From contig JAXGYZ010000002.1 of NCBI GenBank assembly GCA_040772005.1, forward strand, positions 101,546-165,545: a stretch of 64,000 bases of DNA. Reading direction: 5' to 3'. The DNA comes from Anaerolineae bacterium. GTDB taxonomy: Bacteria; Chloroflexota; Anaerolineae; CG2-30-64-16. Each line of letters begins with the position of its first letter. The first letter of the stretch is position 1. The translations under genes were made by a program, and so were the position numbers. The notes under the pieces were generated by a model. The model did not search any database. It was not told where the DNA came from and saw nothing but the letters and a program-made list of their open reading frames with translations. Shown here in pieces: positions 36,453-45,899 of this stretch.

Positions 36453-37823
36453 CTACCACGCCGTCTTCAGGAACCGCGGCAGGTCCACGGCCTCGCGCGG
36501 GCCGACCTTGATTTGCCAGTCGGGCAGCTCTTCTTCCAGCTCGCCCATCAGCACCGCCACGTGACCGGGGATGACGACCTTGCGGTGCGAGACTTTCTCG
36601 GCAATGCCGGTCGTCTTGACGGTCTTGGCGATCTTTTCCGCGTCGAACTTGCCGGCCGCCCAGGCCGTCAGCACGCTCATGCCCTCTGCATCCGCCACCA
36701 GCAGCCACGCGGGCTGCCCGCTCGACTCCATCTCGTTGGCGACGGCGAAGTAGGTGATGGAGAAGTTCGTGGTGACGAGCACCGGCGCATCCGCCGTCGG
36801 CTTGTTGATGGGGTAGACGCCCGGCTCCACCTGGATGGGCTTCTGCGGGTCGGTGAACAGGTTCGCGCGCAGCACGAGCAGCGGATAGACCTCAGCGGGT
36901 TCGAAGCGGCTGAGGACGACGAAGCCCGCGTACTTGGCAATCTGCTGGCCGGCCAGGAGCATCTCCATGTCCGCGTCAGCCTGCCCCAGGTAGGGGAAGG
37001 CGATGGTCGGGTAGCCGAGCGGGCGGAAGTTCTTCTTCAGCGCGAGCCGGCGGACCTGCGTCAGGGCGGTCAGTGAACCGGCGAAGCTGCGCGCAGCCGG
37101 GTCCAGCACCAGGTCCTCGACGCCCGCCGCGCCCAGTTTTTCGGTCAGCTCGGCCAGACCGGCCAAGGTGTCTGCCCGGACGACGAGCGGGGCCTTCGCG
37201 GACTTGGCGAGCTGCGCCATGGCTTCCCAGTTGTCCGCGGTGGCTGCACAGAGCAACGGCGTGATGCCGCCGGTCTGTGCCAACCCCTCGGCCATGATCG
37301 CCGGGTCCTCGGTCACAAGGATAAGCGGAACCATGGCGGCGCTGGCCGCGGCCACGGCCGCGCCGAACTGCGCGGCATTGCCGGAGGCAGCCTCCACAGC
37401 CACGCCATCCAACCGGAGAGCCAGGCCGACGTAATCGACCTTGTAGTCCGCAACGGCCTGCACCTGGCGCTGGATTTCGTCGGCGGGCAGGGTGTCTGCC
37501 ATGCGTACGAAGATGCCTGCCGGGTTGTAGAACGTCTTCTCATGGCGGAACAGCACGGTCTCATTGCCGGCCTTGCTGTTGCGCCCGTCTGCCGCCAGGG
37601 TGATGAGGCGGATGGGCGGTTGCGCGGCTGCGGAGAGCTTGGCCTTCGATTCCTCGCTGATGTACTTGCACGAGGACAGGTCAGCCTGCTTGGCGGCCAG
37701 TTTCATGGCAAAGGCAAGACAGGTCGGATAGCCGCATTCTTTACAGTTGCCGTGTGCTTTCTCCGCCGGGTCCTTGCTGCTGCCGGGGAGCAGCTTGTAG
37801 ATTTCAAGACCACTCAGGGCCAT
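36453..37823 (-). CDS. acsC: corrinoid iron-sulfur protein large subunit AcsC (CdhE/gamma)
   Basis: N-terminal 4Fe-4S motif (CKECGYPTCLAFAMKLA ... C), a TIM-barrel and a C-terminal corrinoid-binding domain; 456 aa. Confidence 0.75.
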   Translation of the reverse strand: MALSGLEIYKLLPGSSKDPAEKAHGNCKECGYPTCLAFAMKLAAKQADLSSCKYISEESKAKLSAAAQPPIRLITLAADGRNSKAGNETVLFRHEKTFYNPAGIFVRMADTLPADEIQRQVQAVADYKVDYVGLALRLDGVAVEAASGNAAQFGAAVAAASAAMVPLILVTEDPAIMAEGLAQTGGITPLLCAATADNWEAMAQLAKSAKAPLVVRADTLAGLAELTEKLGAAGVEDLVLDPAARSFAGSLTALTQVRRLALKKNFRPLGYPTIAFPYLGQADADMEMLLAGQQIAKYAGFVVLSRFEPAEVYPLLVLRANLFTDPQKPIQVEPGVYPINKPTADAPVLVTTNFSITYFAVANEMESSGQPAWLLVADAEGMSVLTAWAAGKFDAEKIAKTVKTTGIAEKVSHRKVVIPGHVAVLMGELEEELPDWQIKVGPREAVDLPRFLKTAW

Positions 37824-37835
37824 GGATGTACCTCC

Positions 37836-38807
37836 CTATGCTTGCTGCAGCTCTGCAATCATGTGCTTGATGCGCCGCACCGTCTCGGGATGGCGGAGCA
37901 CGACGATATCTGCGGCCGACTCGACCAGCGCGGCGGCGGTCATCGTTTCCCAGTTGAGTGCGCGCGTCGCCCACTCACCCCAGGCCGCCGGCACGCCTTC
38001 TGCCGCACGGGCTTCCTTGGTGCGCCAGGCCTCTTCGCCAGGGGTGACCATCATCGGCTGCTGGGTCATCGCGTCGCCCTGGAGCGCGGCCAGCCGCAGA
38101 CGTTCCATGACGCTGTAGCCGTACTCGATGCCGTAGCCGAGCGCGCCGGTCGTCGGGTCGGTGATGATCCGCTCCATGGGCATGCCCATGTCGTGAATCA
38201 GAATGGTCAACTGCTTGGACAGGTTCACATCCATCGGCGTCTTGGCAGTGACGAGATGGCCGTTGGCCAGTGCGGCCGCGACGATCGTGCGGTAGTTCTT
38301 GTCCTCGCAGGCGCCGAGCAGCAGGCGCTCGCCCGCGCCCTCTTCCGCGACCGCGACCAGGATCTCGTTGTCGAGTTCGGCCTGGCCCGGGCCCAGCACG
38401 ATGAGCGGCAGGCCGGTTGCTTTGAGCACGGCCTTGAGGACCGCGCGGGCCTTCGCGCCGGTTATCCGCGCGCCGGTTTCATCGACGGTCGCGAAGCGGA
38501 GCGCGACGAGGTCAGCGCCGGCGGCCTCTGCGGCCTGCGCCCAGGCTGCCGGGTCATCGAGCACCGCGCCCCATGCGCCTGTCAGCGGCTCCGGCCATTC
38601 GTCGCCGGGGTTGCGATTCCACACCTCGACCGCCACGCAGGGCGGATGCGGAGCCTTCGCTTCGAAGCTCAGGAATGGGAGCGTCGCCTGGCCGCCCAGG
38701 GTCAGGCTGTGGTGGCGCGTGCCCCCTTCTGCGGCGGTCGCGCCCAACACGACGGGGCGAACCGTGCCCGCCCACTTTTCGACGGGGAGTTCGACGGTTA
38801 CGGGCAT
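37836..38807 (-). CDS. acsD: corrinoid iron-sulfur protein small subunit AcsD (CdhD/delta)
   Basis: 323-aa pterin-binding-like TIM barrel lacking pterin residues, as is typical of AcsD. Immediately downstream of acsC in the same operon. Confidence 0.7.
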   Translation of the reverse strand: MPVTVELPVEKWAGTVRPVVLGATAAEGGTRHHSLTLGGQATLPFLSFEAKAPHPPCVAVEVWNRNPGDEWPEPLTGAWGAVLDDPAAWAQAAEAAGADLVALRFATVDETGARITGAKARAVLKAVLKATGLPLIVLGPGQAELDNEILVAVAEEGAGERLLLGACEDKNYRTIVAAALANGHLVTAKTPMDVNLSKQLTILIHDMGMPMERIITDPTTGALGYGIEYGYSVMERLRLAALQGDAMTQQPMMVTPGEEAWRTKEARAAEGVPAAWGEWATRALNWETMTAAALVESAADIVVLRHPETVRRIKHMIAELQQA

Positions 38808-38846
38808 GAGGAATACCTCCTTGTTTGTGCTATCACGGTGGGTTGG

Positions 38847-39662
38847 TTACCAGTAACGTTCGACGTGAATCTGGCCGGGCTGGCGCTTGCTGTGTTCGAT
38901 GAAGCCATCCTGGCCGAGCGTTTCGATTGCGCTGTCAATCATCGCCGGGCTGCCGCACAGAAAAACGTGGGTGTTGTCGGGCGCCGGTGCGAACCCCCAG
39001 GCCTTTGCGATGATGCCGCTGTGCCAGAGGTCCTGTACATAGCCCGTCGCGCCCTGCCAGGGCACCGGCTCGTTCTGCGGCCGGCTGATGACCGGGCTGT
39101 AGAGCAGGTTCTTGCACAGGTGCTGGAGCGTCAGCAGCTCCGAGCGGTAGCCCAGGTCCCAGGAGTGGCGTGCGCCGTGCAGCACGGCGAAGCGCCGCGT
39201 GCCGCCGCAAACCAGGTGCGTCGTCAACATGCTCATGTACGGGGCCAGGCCGGTGCCGGTCGCAATCAACACCACGTTCTGCTCCTCGGGCACCTGGTCC
39301 AGCGTGAACATGCCGGTGATGCGCGGCGAGAGCCACAGTCGGTCCCCGATGTTGAGCGCAAATAACCGTGGAGTCAGTGCGCCGGATGTGACGAGCGCGA
39401 TATAGAACTCTATATACTCGCGCGTCAGGGATGACGACGCAATCGAGTAGGCCCGGCGGATGACTTTGCCGGGGTCCGACGGCGGCTCTTCCGGCTCAGA
39501 CATGGCGCCGCGCGGGGCTGAGCCCGGCAGGCCCAGCACCGCAAACTGGCCGGGTGCGAAATCGGGCAGCTGCCACCCGTCCGGCACGACCCGCAGGACG
39601 ATCAGCCAGGGCGATATCTCGGTGCGCAGGGCCACGACGGCGTTCAGGGTCGGTTCAGGCAC
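38847..39662 (-). CDS. ferredoxin-NADP reductase-type FAD/NAD(P)-binding oxidoreductase
   Basis: FNR-family motifs RRAYSIAS (FAD), LIATGTGLAPYMS (NADP) and a C-terminal aromatic residue; 271 aa. Confidence 0.6.
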   Translation of the reverse strand: MPEPTLNAVVALRTEISPWLIVLRVVPDGWQLPDFAPGQFAVLGLPGSAPRGAMSEPEEPPSDPGKVIRRAYSIASSSLTREYIEFYIALVTSGALTPRLFALNIGDRLWLSPRITGMFTLDQVPEEQNVVLIATGTGLAPYMSMLTTHLVCGGTRRFAVLHGARHSWDLGYRSELLTLQHLCKNLLYSPVISRPQNEPVPWQGATGYVQDLWHSGIIAKAWGFAPAPDNTHVFLCGSPAMIDSAIETLGQDGFIEHSKRQPGQIHVERYW

Positions 39663-39720
39663 ACTGATACTCCTTCGTATTCTGTCAATCGACCCATTAT
39701 ACCGCCGTCCATGGCCGTTG

Positions 39721-40212
39721 TTAAGCGGTTCGATTAGGCGGCAGGTTGTAACGCTGCCGGAATAAATCCATCGGTGACGGCCGCGCCGCGTGCATTCCCT
39801 GGTCGCGGATATATTCCGGCCCGGCCAGCGCCTTGACCACGTCGCGCAGATTCAGGACTGAGGCAGGCCACATCTTGCCGCCCGCGTGGTGCATGAAGAA
39901 AAGGTGGTCGACGCCGAGATCGGCCATCAACTGCACGGTCGCAGCCAGCGGAATGTCTGCCGGCGCTTCCGGGATGTCCTCGTCCATGACATCCGCGGCG
40001 ACCAGCTCGCCGGCCCGGTCGCCCGTAGTATAAACCAGCGCCAGCATCCGCTCGTTGAGCCACCCGCGCGCGTCGCCGTCCTCATCCATCACGACGGTCG
40101 CGGTCCAGCCCTGCTCGACCATCTGCCGGGCAAGTTGAATGACTTTGTCATCCGACTTGCACGTGGGCACGCCGATGCGCATCACGTCGCGGACGAGAAG
40201 CGGTTCAGTCAT
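39721..40212 (-). CDS. CBS-domain pair protein
   Basis: Start ATG 40212 (MTEPLLVRDVMRIGVPT). Two CBS repeats (VRDVM ... and LVAADVM ...). Confidence 0.6.
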   Translation of the reverse strand: MTEPLLVRDVMRIGVPTCKSDDKVIQLARQMVEQGWTATVVMDEDGDARGWLNERMLALVYTTGDRAGELVAADVMDEDIPEAPADIPLAATVQLMADLGVDHLFFMHHAGGKMWPASVLNLRDVVKALAGPEYIRDQGMHAARPSPMDLFRQRYNLPPNRTA

Positions 40213-40576
40213 CGCCTTCGCTCTCGGCGTTGTACTCGGCCTGCTCCTCTGCCACGGCCAGCGCATCCGCCTCCACAGCAGACGGTGCGGCCGGGTGGAT
40301 CGCGAGGCGCAGGCCCAGGCTCCGCAGCAGCGCGGTCAGGCTGGAGAGCTGAGGGTTGCCGTTGGGCGACAACATGCGATACAGGTTCTCACGATTGAGC
40401 TGGGCCTCGCGTGCCAGTTGGCTCACACCCCGGGCTTCGGCCACGTCGCGCAATGCTAACAGGAAGACCTCCTGGTCTCCGTCCTCCAGTGCTGCATTGA
40501 GATAACCGAGAGCATACTCTGGATCGGCAAGCCGCTTCAGCAACCCGCTCTTGTATTCAACCGCCGGCTCTCTCAT
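40205..40576 (-). CDS. addiction-module antidote protein (HigA-like HTH, TIGR02684 type)
   Basis: REPAVEYKSGLLKRLADPEYALGYLNAALEDGD ... LALRDVAEARGVSQLAREAQLNRENLYRML is the characteristic antidote HTH. The start ATG overlaps the upstream killer-gene stop (TGATG). Confidence 0.6.
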   Translation of the reverse strand: MREPAVEYKSGLLKRLADPEYALGYLNAALEDGDQEVFLLALRDVAEARGVSQLAREAQLNRENLYRMLSPNGNPQLSSLTALLRSLGLRLAIHPAAPSAVEADALAVAEEQAEYNAESEGDD

Positions 40577-40577
40577 C

Positions 40578-41035
40578 ACAGTCCTCCGCAGAAGTCCGCC
40601 CAGTAAAGCTGCGCCAGCTCGATATCATCCCTTTGTGAGTCTTTGTCGCCGCCACAGAGCAGTACAACAACTCGATCACCATGTCGGGCGAAGTAGATGC
40701 GGTAGCCGGGGGGCGCGTTTCATACTGGGGGCGAATTCGTAGCGCACTTACGCTGCGGCGTGGGCACGGACAATATCCCGCCCTCGCATCACCGAGATTC
40801 GTGGCCGCAGACGCATTCGTTTATCCGCGCTGCCAACGTGACATCGATGCGATAGGCGGGCCTCTAGTCGATCCTCAGTTCACTGACTCCTCCTAATAAT
40901 CGCAGTCACTGAACGTGCAAGTCTGGCGCGAATCCGCACAGCAGCTTCCATATCCCGTAGTTTGGCAACCCATTGCCTGAACGGGTTCCTACCTTCTTCA
41001 GTTGAATAATCAACAATGATGATGGTTTCTGCCAC
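40578..41035 (-). pseudogene. disrupted addiction-module killer (RelE/HigB-like) gene: frameshifted and with an internal insertion
   Basis: N-terminal fragment (GTG 41035: ...IVDYSTEEGRNPFRQWVAKLRDMEAAVRIRARLARS) in one frame; GVSELRID in a second frame ending in TAG; about 150 nt of unrelated GC-rich sequence; then the C-terminal fragment (PPGYRIYFARHGDRVVVLLCGGDKDSQRDDIELAQLYWADF) in a third frame ending at the coupled TGATG. The N-terminal part is AT-rich, unlike the host. Confidence 0.45.
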
Positions 41036-41079
41036 GAGTGTAGTATAAAAGCTACAGATTGTAAAGTCGCGACGATCAA

Positions 41080-41139
41080 CCGCGGAAGACACGGAGCACA
41101 CAGAATGATAATTTTCCGCGTGCTCCGTGTCTTCCGCGG
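41080..41139. terminator. 20-bp perfect palindrome with an AT-rich loop 3' of acsB (terminator candidate; related to 53980-54049)
   Basis: ccgcggaagacacggagcac, a 20-nt loop (acagaatgataattttccgc), then gtgctccgtgtcttccgcgg. The right arm and loop resemble the palindrome at 53980-54049 (ttccgcgtg.tccg.gt; gatgat.ttt). Confidence 0.5.
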
Positions 41140-41148
41140 TTCACATCG

Positions 41149-43437
41149 TTAGAACATCGGCTCCATCATCAGCGACGGGTGGCCGGTCGCTTCGAGGTGC
41201 GCGAGCAGGCCGTCCACGTCGGTGCAGATGGTCTCATCGGCAATCTTGCTCAACAGGTCGGGGTCGCCCTCGCGCTCGCACACGGCCTGGAGTTCCGCGG
41301 CCATCGTCTGCTTGAGCACGCTGGACATCCACACGACGCGGCTGAAGCCGCCGTCTGCGGAGATGAACTTCGGGCTGGTCAGGTAGTACTTGCCGACGCC
41401 CATTACGCCTGGCGTCTGCAACCCGCCGCCGGCCATGCCGGCCAGGGTCGAAAACGTCATGCCCGCGGGCGTCATGCTCGTGTCCTCGCGGGAGACGACC
41501 ATCACGCCGTTCGCCTCCGGGATGAGCATGACGATGCACTCGAAGCAGCCGCACGCAGTCATGGGTGCGTTCATGATCGAGTACATCGCGACTTCCTGCA
41601 CCGTGCCGTTCGACTTCTGCTGTGCGATTTCGTTCAGGCCCGCGTAGATACCCTTCTCGCGGTCGATCATCATGCCCTTACGGATGGGCTGATTCGGGCC
41701 GGTCGGGTTAATCTGGTAGGAGGCCGCGCAGTCCAGGTAGTTGTATGCGCCGCACAGGCCGAGACGCTGCGGGCTGACCAGGCACAGGTGGGTCGGCGCA
41801 AACGACTGGCAGAGCGTGCAGGTGTAGAACTCCTCCACTGACTCGTCGGTCATATCCGCGAGGCGGTTGTTGCGATAATCGTAGGCATCACGGGCCTTTT
41901 GCAGCCATGTGGCGTGCAGCGTCGGGTCCGTGATGATTTTGACCTGCACCTTGTCCACGATAGCGCCGAAGTCGGCCATCAGGCGGGCATGCACGATGTC
42001 ACCGAAGTGCTTGAGCGAGAACCCCTTGTCCGCCGCGGCCTTGCTGATGCGAATCCAGGTGATATCGCGCTGGCCGATGTGCTGGATGCCGCTCGCGCCG
42101 TTGACGAAGTAGTGAATCTGGCGTTCGAGCACCGGCTCGAAGTCCCGCTGCATCTTGCGGCCCGCAACCTCGACCAGGATGCCCATGTCCATCGAGCCTG
42201 CTTCCGGCACGTCTGCGAAGTCCGGCCCGATGACCTCAATCTTGCCGTCCTCCACCTGGTCCATGTCGACCATGCGCAGATATTCGAAGGCCCGGCTGTA
42301 CTTGCCGCCGAATTCGACGCGCATGTCCTTCTTGCGGACGACCTCACCCTCGAACGCGGAGCCGTAGGGCACCGGGATCGGGACCTCGGTCAGCTTGATC
42401 TTGACGCCGCGCGTCTCGATGCACTTCTGGACCAGCTTCTCTGCGCGTTCCAGGTCATCCTTGCCTTCGATTTCGTTGAAGGGCATGGAGATGACGTGCT
42501 CATAGGTCGTCACGCCGGTGGGCAGGATCTGGGGGATGCGCGTGTCTGCGATGACCGGAAAGCCGTAGTTGATGGCGCCCGCGGCTGCCGCGTACTTCAG
42601 GTCGTCGACCTCGCCCAGCGCCAGCACAAACGCAAAGACGCGCTGCCGGTTGTATTGCAGGATGTCCTTCGCCTGCCCGCCCTTCATGCCGCCGAAGGTC
42701 AGCGCGGAACGGGTCGCGAACCCGATGGGATAGATGGCGGAGAGTGTGTCCAGGCCAAACGGCACGATGTAGGTGTCGTAGCCCATCTCCACGCCCTCTT
42801 CCTGCAACTGGTGGATGACCGAGCGGCCGTTGACGTTGCCGCAGAGGAAGATCAGGATGTTGCGTTTCTGCAGCTCACGCACGATCTTGACCGCGACCTC
42901 GTTGCTCTTGGCGCAGCCGACAATCGCGGCGAAGCCGGGCATACGCCCGTCGACCAACTGGATGCCCCAGGCGCGGAGCTGAACGTCGTCGATCGGACCG
43001 TTCAACCGTCCGTTGCCGTCAGAGCCGCCGGAGGTCCCGCCATCCGGGCTGGTGAAGCTGCCGCCGGTCCCGTGGAAGCCTTCCAGGCGACCCGGTTCCT
43101 CGCCATAGACGAAGCGGATGGCCTCGATGATCTCCGCGGCCAGCAGCGTGGACATGCCGGAGTCCAGCGTCTCGCCGAGGTAGGGTGTCCAGCACTGGAC
43201 CGTCGGGACGGGATGCAGCAACTCCTTTGCATGCTCCAGCACCGGCGTCAGCTCGCCCAGCTTGGTGATCTCGCGACCGGTCATGCCGAAGATGGTCGGC
43301 AGGTAGTAAGCAGTATTGGGGAAGGCGACAGGGCAGTCAGCGCCCTTCTCCTGCAAGGCTTTGCTGAGGAGCTCGTCGGCCTCTTGCACAATCAGGTTGG
43401 CGCCGCGGATGGCGCGAGTAGCGATGTATCGCGACAT
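41149..43437 (-). CDS. acsB: acetyl-CoA synthase catalytic subunit AcsB (CODH/ACS beta; A-cluster)
   Basis: 762 aa with near-diagnostic ACS segments: AFPNTAYYLPTI, IEVIGPDF, FYTCTLCQSFAPTHLCLVSPQRLGLCGA, MTACGCFECIVMLIPEANGVMVV (A-cluster Cys-Gly-Cys), MTFSTLAGMAGGGLQTPG. Confidence 0.85.
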   Translation of the reverse strand: MSRYIATRAIRGANLIVQEADELLSKALQEKGADCPVAFPNTAYYLPTIFGMTGREITKLGELTPVLEHAKELLHPVPTVQCWTPYLGETLDSGMSTLLAAEIIEAIRFVYGEEPGRLEGFHGTGGSFTSPDGGTSGGSDGNGRLNGPIDDVQLRAWGIQLVDGRMPGFAAIVGCAKSNEVAVKIVRELQKRNILIFLCGNVNGRSVIHQLQEEGVEMGYDTYIVPFGLDTLSAIYPIGFATRSALTFGGMKGGQAKDILQYNRQRVFAFVLALGEVDDLKYAAAAGAINYGFPVIADTRIPQILPTGVTTYEHVISMPFNEIEGKDDLERAEKLVQKCIETRGVKIKLTEVPIPVPYGSAFEGEVVRKKDMRVEFGGKYSRAFEYLRMVDMDQVEDGKIEVIGPDFADVPEAGSMDMGILVEVAGRKMQRDFEPVLERQIHYFVNGASGIQHIGQRDITWIRISKAAADKGFSLKHFGDIVHARLMADFGAIVDKVQVKIITDPTLHATWLQKARDAYDYRNNRLADMTDESVEEFYTCTLCQSFAPTHLCLVSPQRLGLCGAYNYLDCAASYQINPTGPNQPIRKGMMIDREKGIYAGLNEIAQQKSNGTVQEVAMYSIMNAPMTACGCFECIVMLIPEANGVMVVSREDTSMTPAGMTFSTLAGMAGGGLQTPGVMGVGKYYLTSPKFISADGGFSRVVWMSSVLKQTMAAELQAVCEREGDPDLLSKIADETICTDVDGLLAHLEATGHPSLMMEPMF

Positions 43438-43463
43438 GGTTAGTTCCTCCGTGAACCGGAATG

Positions 43464-43550
43464 AGAGACGAGTAACGAGTAACGAGTAAGGAGAAATGAG
43501 TAAGCGTCACTTCTTACTCGTTACTCATTACTCGTTACTGATTTCTCATC
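43464..43550. repeat. long palindrome of tandem GAGTAAC heptamers between acsB and cooS
   Basis: gagagacgagtaacgagtaacgagtaaggagaaatgagtaag, loop cgtcac, then ttcttactcgttactcattactcgttactgatttctcatc. The right arm reaches the cooS stop codon. Confidence 0.6.
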
Positions 43551-45540
43551 ACCCGTAAATCTCTGCCATCTGCTCTTCGACCGGCAGTTCGCTGTATGAC
43601 TCCATCGCCGCATCCCCGGATGCGCCAAAGCGGGCCGGATCGTAGGCAGGCAGCTTCAGCGCCGCGCGCTTCTTGTCGATGTGCTCGAGTGTCTTCTGGA
43701 CGATGTCTCCGGCCTCGATAACGAACTCCAGCTTGCCGCCGTAGCGGTCTTCCCACTCACTTAACAGGATGTCGGAAACCGCATCGGAGAACTCAACCGG
43801 GTTGCGCACGCCCATGATGACGTACGCGCCAGAGCCGACACAGTAAGTGGCGATGGATAAAGCTTTCTCGCTCATCCATTCGGGTGCCAGGCCGACCGCC
43901 GGGATATCGCTGATGTCGTCGCCCAGGCCGCCCTCGGTCGCCATCTGGCTCAACACAGTGAGGATGCGGCTGTTATCCACGCAGGAACCGAGGTGCAGGA
44001 CCGGCGGGATGCCGATCGCTTCGCAGACCTCGCGCAGGCCGGGGCCGACCTTTTCCGGATCGAGGCCCGCAGAGCCCTTCATATAGCCATACTTGCCGGC
44101 TGCAATCGCGCCGCACCCCGTGCTCACCACCAGAACATCATTCTTCAGCAGTTCGGTGACCACATCCATGTGGACCTGGTCGTGGGTGAAGGCGGGGTTG
44201 TTGCAACCGACATTCGCCGCCACGCCGCGGATGCGCCCGCTGGCGATGGCGTCGTTGAGCGGCCGGAAGGAGGCCCGATAGTTGCCGCCCTGCATGTAGG
44301 CCAGATACTCATGGCTGAAGCCCGGCACCATTTGTTCGGACATGCCATGGGGGATGTGCGTCTCGGCGGCCCGGTTGGCATAGTTGTCGATTGCGCGGCG
44401 CACGATATTCTTGGCGATGTCCATCGCGTGATGCTCGTCGAACTCGATGTGTGTGGCGCCGGTAATCTTGACTTTGGGGCTGGTGGTGATGATTTCGGTG
44501 TGGAAGTGCTCGGCAACGCCCACCAGGGATTGCATGATGCACTGCACATCCACCACCATTGCCTCGACCGCGCCGGTCAGGATGGCGAGTTCCTGCGTCA
44601 GGAAGTTGCCGGCGGAAGGAATGCCCTGGCGCATCATGACCTCATTGGCCGTGCAGCAGATGCCCGCCAGGTTGATGCCGTCCGCGCCCTTGCTCTTGGC
44701 ATACTCGATCAGATCGGGGTCCTGAACGGCCGTGACGATCATCTCAGAGAGCGTGGGTTCGTGGCCGTGGACGATGATGTTGACCTGCTTCTCTTCCAGG
44801 CAGCCGAGATTGACTCCGCCAACCTTCGGGCTGGGGGTGCCGAAGAGGATGTCGGAGATGTCGGTGGCCCACATCGAGCCGCCCCAGCCGTCGGATAGGG
44901 CCGTGCGCACAGCGGCGCTCAAGATGTGGCTGGCATCCTGGTCGTCGCCAATGTGCGTGCGATGCAAGATCTCCACCACTTCGCGGTCGATGCCCCGCGG
45001 CACCACACCCTGGTCGCGCCAGAGCTTCTGGCGCTTGGGCGGTGCGGTATTGATGTAACTGAGCGTCCCGCGCTGTTGCCCGAATTCGCTGATGGCTTTG
45101 TTGGCCACGTCCAGCGCGACCTCTATGACAGTCTTGCCTTTCGTGGGGATGCCATGTTTGGCCGCGACGGCATACAGCTTGGCCTCATCGCGAATCTGGT
45201 AACCCTGGGCCTCGCCGGTCGCCACTGCATGGAGGGTAAACGCCAGGTCACGGCCATGGTCGGAGTGAGCCGCCGCGCCAGCCGCAATCGCCCGCGCCAG
45301 ATTGCGGGCCGCGATGGTTTCCAGCGTCGCACCGCAGATGCCGACTTGCCCTTCTTTGGTGATGCGGCAGGGCCCCATATAGCAATTTTTGCAGCAGACG
45401 CCCGATTGCCCGCTGCCCACGGTGCAGGGCTTATGGTCTGCCGCCCGGCTAAATGAGGTCGAGATGCCCATCAGTTCGGCAACGTCCAGCACGTAGCATG
45501 CGGCTGGATCGATGCTGGGCGTGATTTTCTGTTTTGCCAT
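43549..45540 (-). CDS. cooS: anaerobic carbon-monoxide dehydrogenase catalytic subunit CooS/AcsA (Ni-Fe C-cluster)
   Basis: Start ATG 45540 with GAGGAG ribosome-binding site (MAKQKITPSIDPA). D/B-cluster N-terminal cysteines (CTVGSGQSGVCCKNCYMGPCRI), C-cluster ligands (HGHEP; GICCTANE; GCNNP; HLGSCVDN); 663 aa. Confidence 0.8.
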   Translation of the reverse strand: MAKQKITPSIDPAACYVLDVAELMGISTSFSRAADHKPCTVGSGQSGVCCKNCYMGPCRITKEGQVGICGATLETIAARNLARAIAAGAAAHSDHGRDLAFTLHAVATGEAQGYQIRDEAKLYAVAAKHGIPTKGKTVIEVALDVANKAISEFGQQRGTLSYINTAPPKRQKLWRDQGVVPRGIDREVVEILHRTHIGDDQDASHILSAAVRTALSDGWGGSMWATDISDILFGTPSPKVGGVNLGCLEEKQVNIIVHGHEPTLSEMIVTAVQDPDLIEYAKSKGADGINLAGICCTANEVMMRQGIPSAGNFLTQELAILTGAVEAMVVDVQCIMQSLVGVAEHFHTEIITTSPKVKITGATHIEFDEHHAMDIAKNIVRRAIDNYANRAAETHIPHGMSEQMVPGFSHEYLAYMQGGNYRASFRPLNDAIASGRIRGVAANVGCNNPAFTHDQVHMDVVTELLKNDVLVVSTGCGAIAAGKYGYMKGSAGLDPEKVGPGLREVCEAIGIPPVLHLGSCVDNSRILTVLSQMATEGGLGDDISDIPAVGLAPEWMSEKALSIATYCVGSGAYVIMGVRNPVEFSDAVSDILLSEWEDRYGGKLEFVIEAGDIVQKTLEHIDKKRAALKLPAYDPARFGASGDAAMESYSELPVEEQMAEIYG

Positions 45541-45554
45541 GAGATGTATCTCCT

Positions 45555-45881
45555 CTACTTCTTGGCATCCCGCAGGTCGGTGCGGGTCTGGCGTAGGCCG
45601 AGGCGATCCCATGCGGGATCTTTGCGGCCATCCTGTACGGGAACGGGTTGCGTCATGACGCTCGCGCCGTCGGTGGCAACGGGGTAGCCGGCCTCATCCA
45701 GCATGGCCATAATGGCGCCCGGCGTGACCAGCGCCGGGTCGTAAGATACGATGACCATGCGGAAGGCGGAGCTGGCAAGAACATCCTGCACACCGGTCAA
45801 CTGCGACAGGGCTTCCCGCACCTTCAGCGTGTGATGATCGGCCCAGAGATTGGGCACGCCGAACTGGATTTTCTCCATGGG
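45555..45881 (-). CDS. conserved hypothetical small protein co-operonic with cooS
   Basis: 108-aa ORF with a GAAGGAGG ribosome-binding site 10 nt upstream of ATG 45881; it ends 14 nt before the cooS start. No recognisable motif. Confidence 0.4.
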   Translation of the reverse strand, partial: PMEKIQFGVPNLWADHHTLKVREALSQLTGVQDVLASSAFRMVIVSYDPALVTPGAIMAMLDEAGYPVATDGASVMTQPVPVQDGRKDPAWDRLGLRQTRTDLRDAKK

Positions 45882-45899
45882 TGGCTGACCTCCTTCAAG

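Noticed and set aside
37542-39365. 607-aa plus-strand ORF across acsD and the FNR-like gene
   Set aside because: Antisense shadow ORF. The minus-strand genes have clear family motifs and ribosome-binding sites.
41899-43443. 514-aa plus-strand ORF antisense to acsB
   Set aside because: Shadow ORF. acsB on the minus strand is unambiguous.
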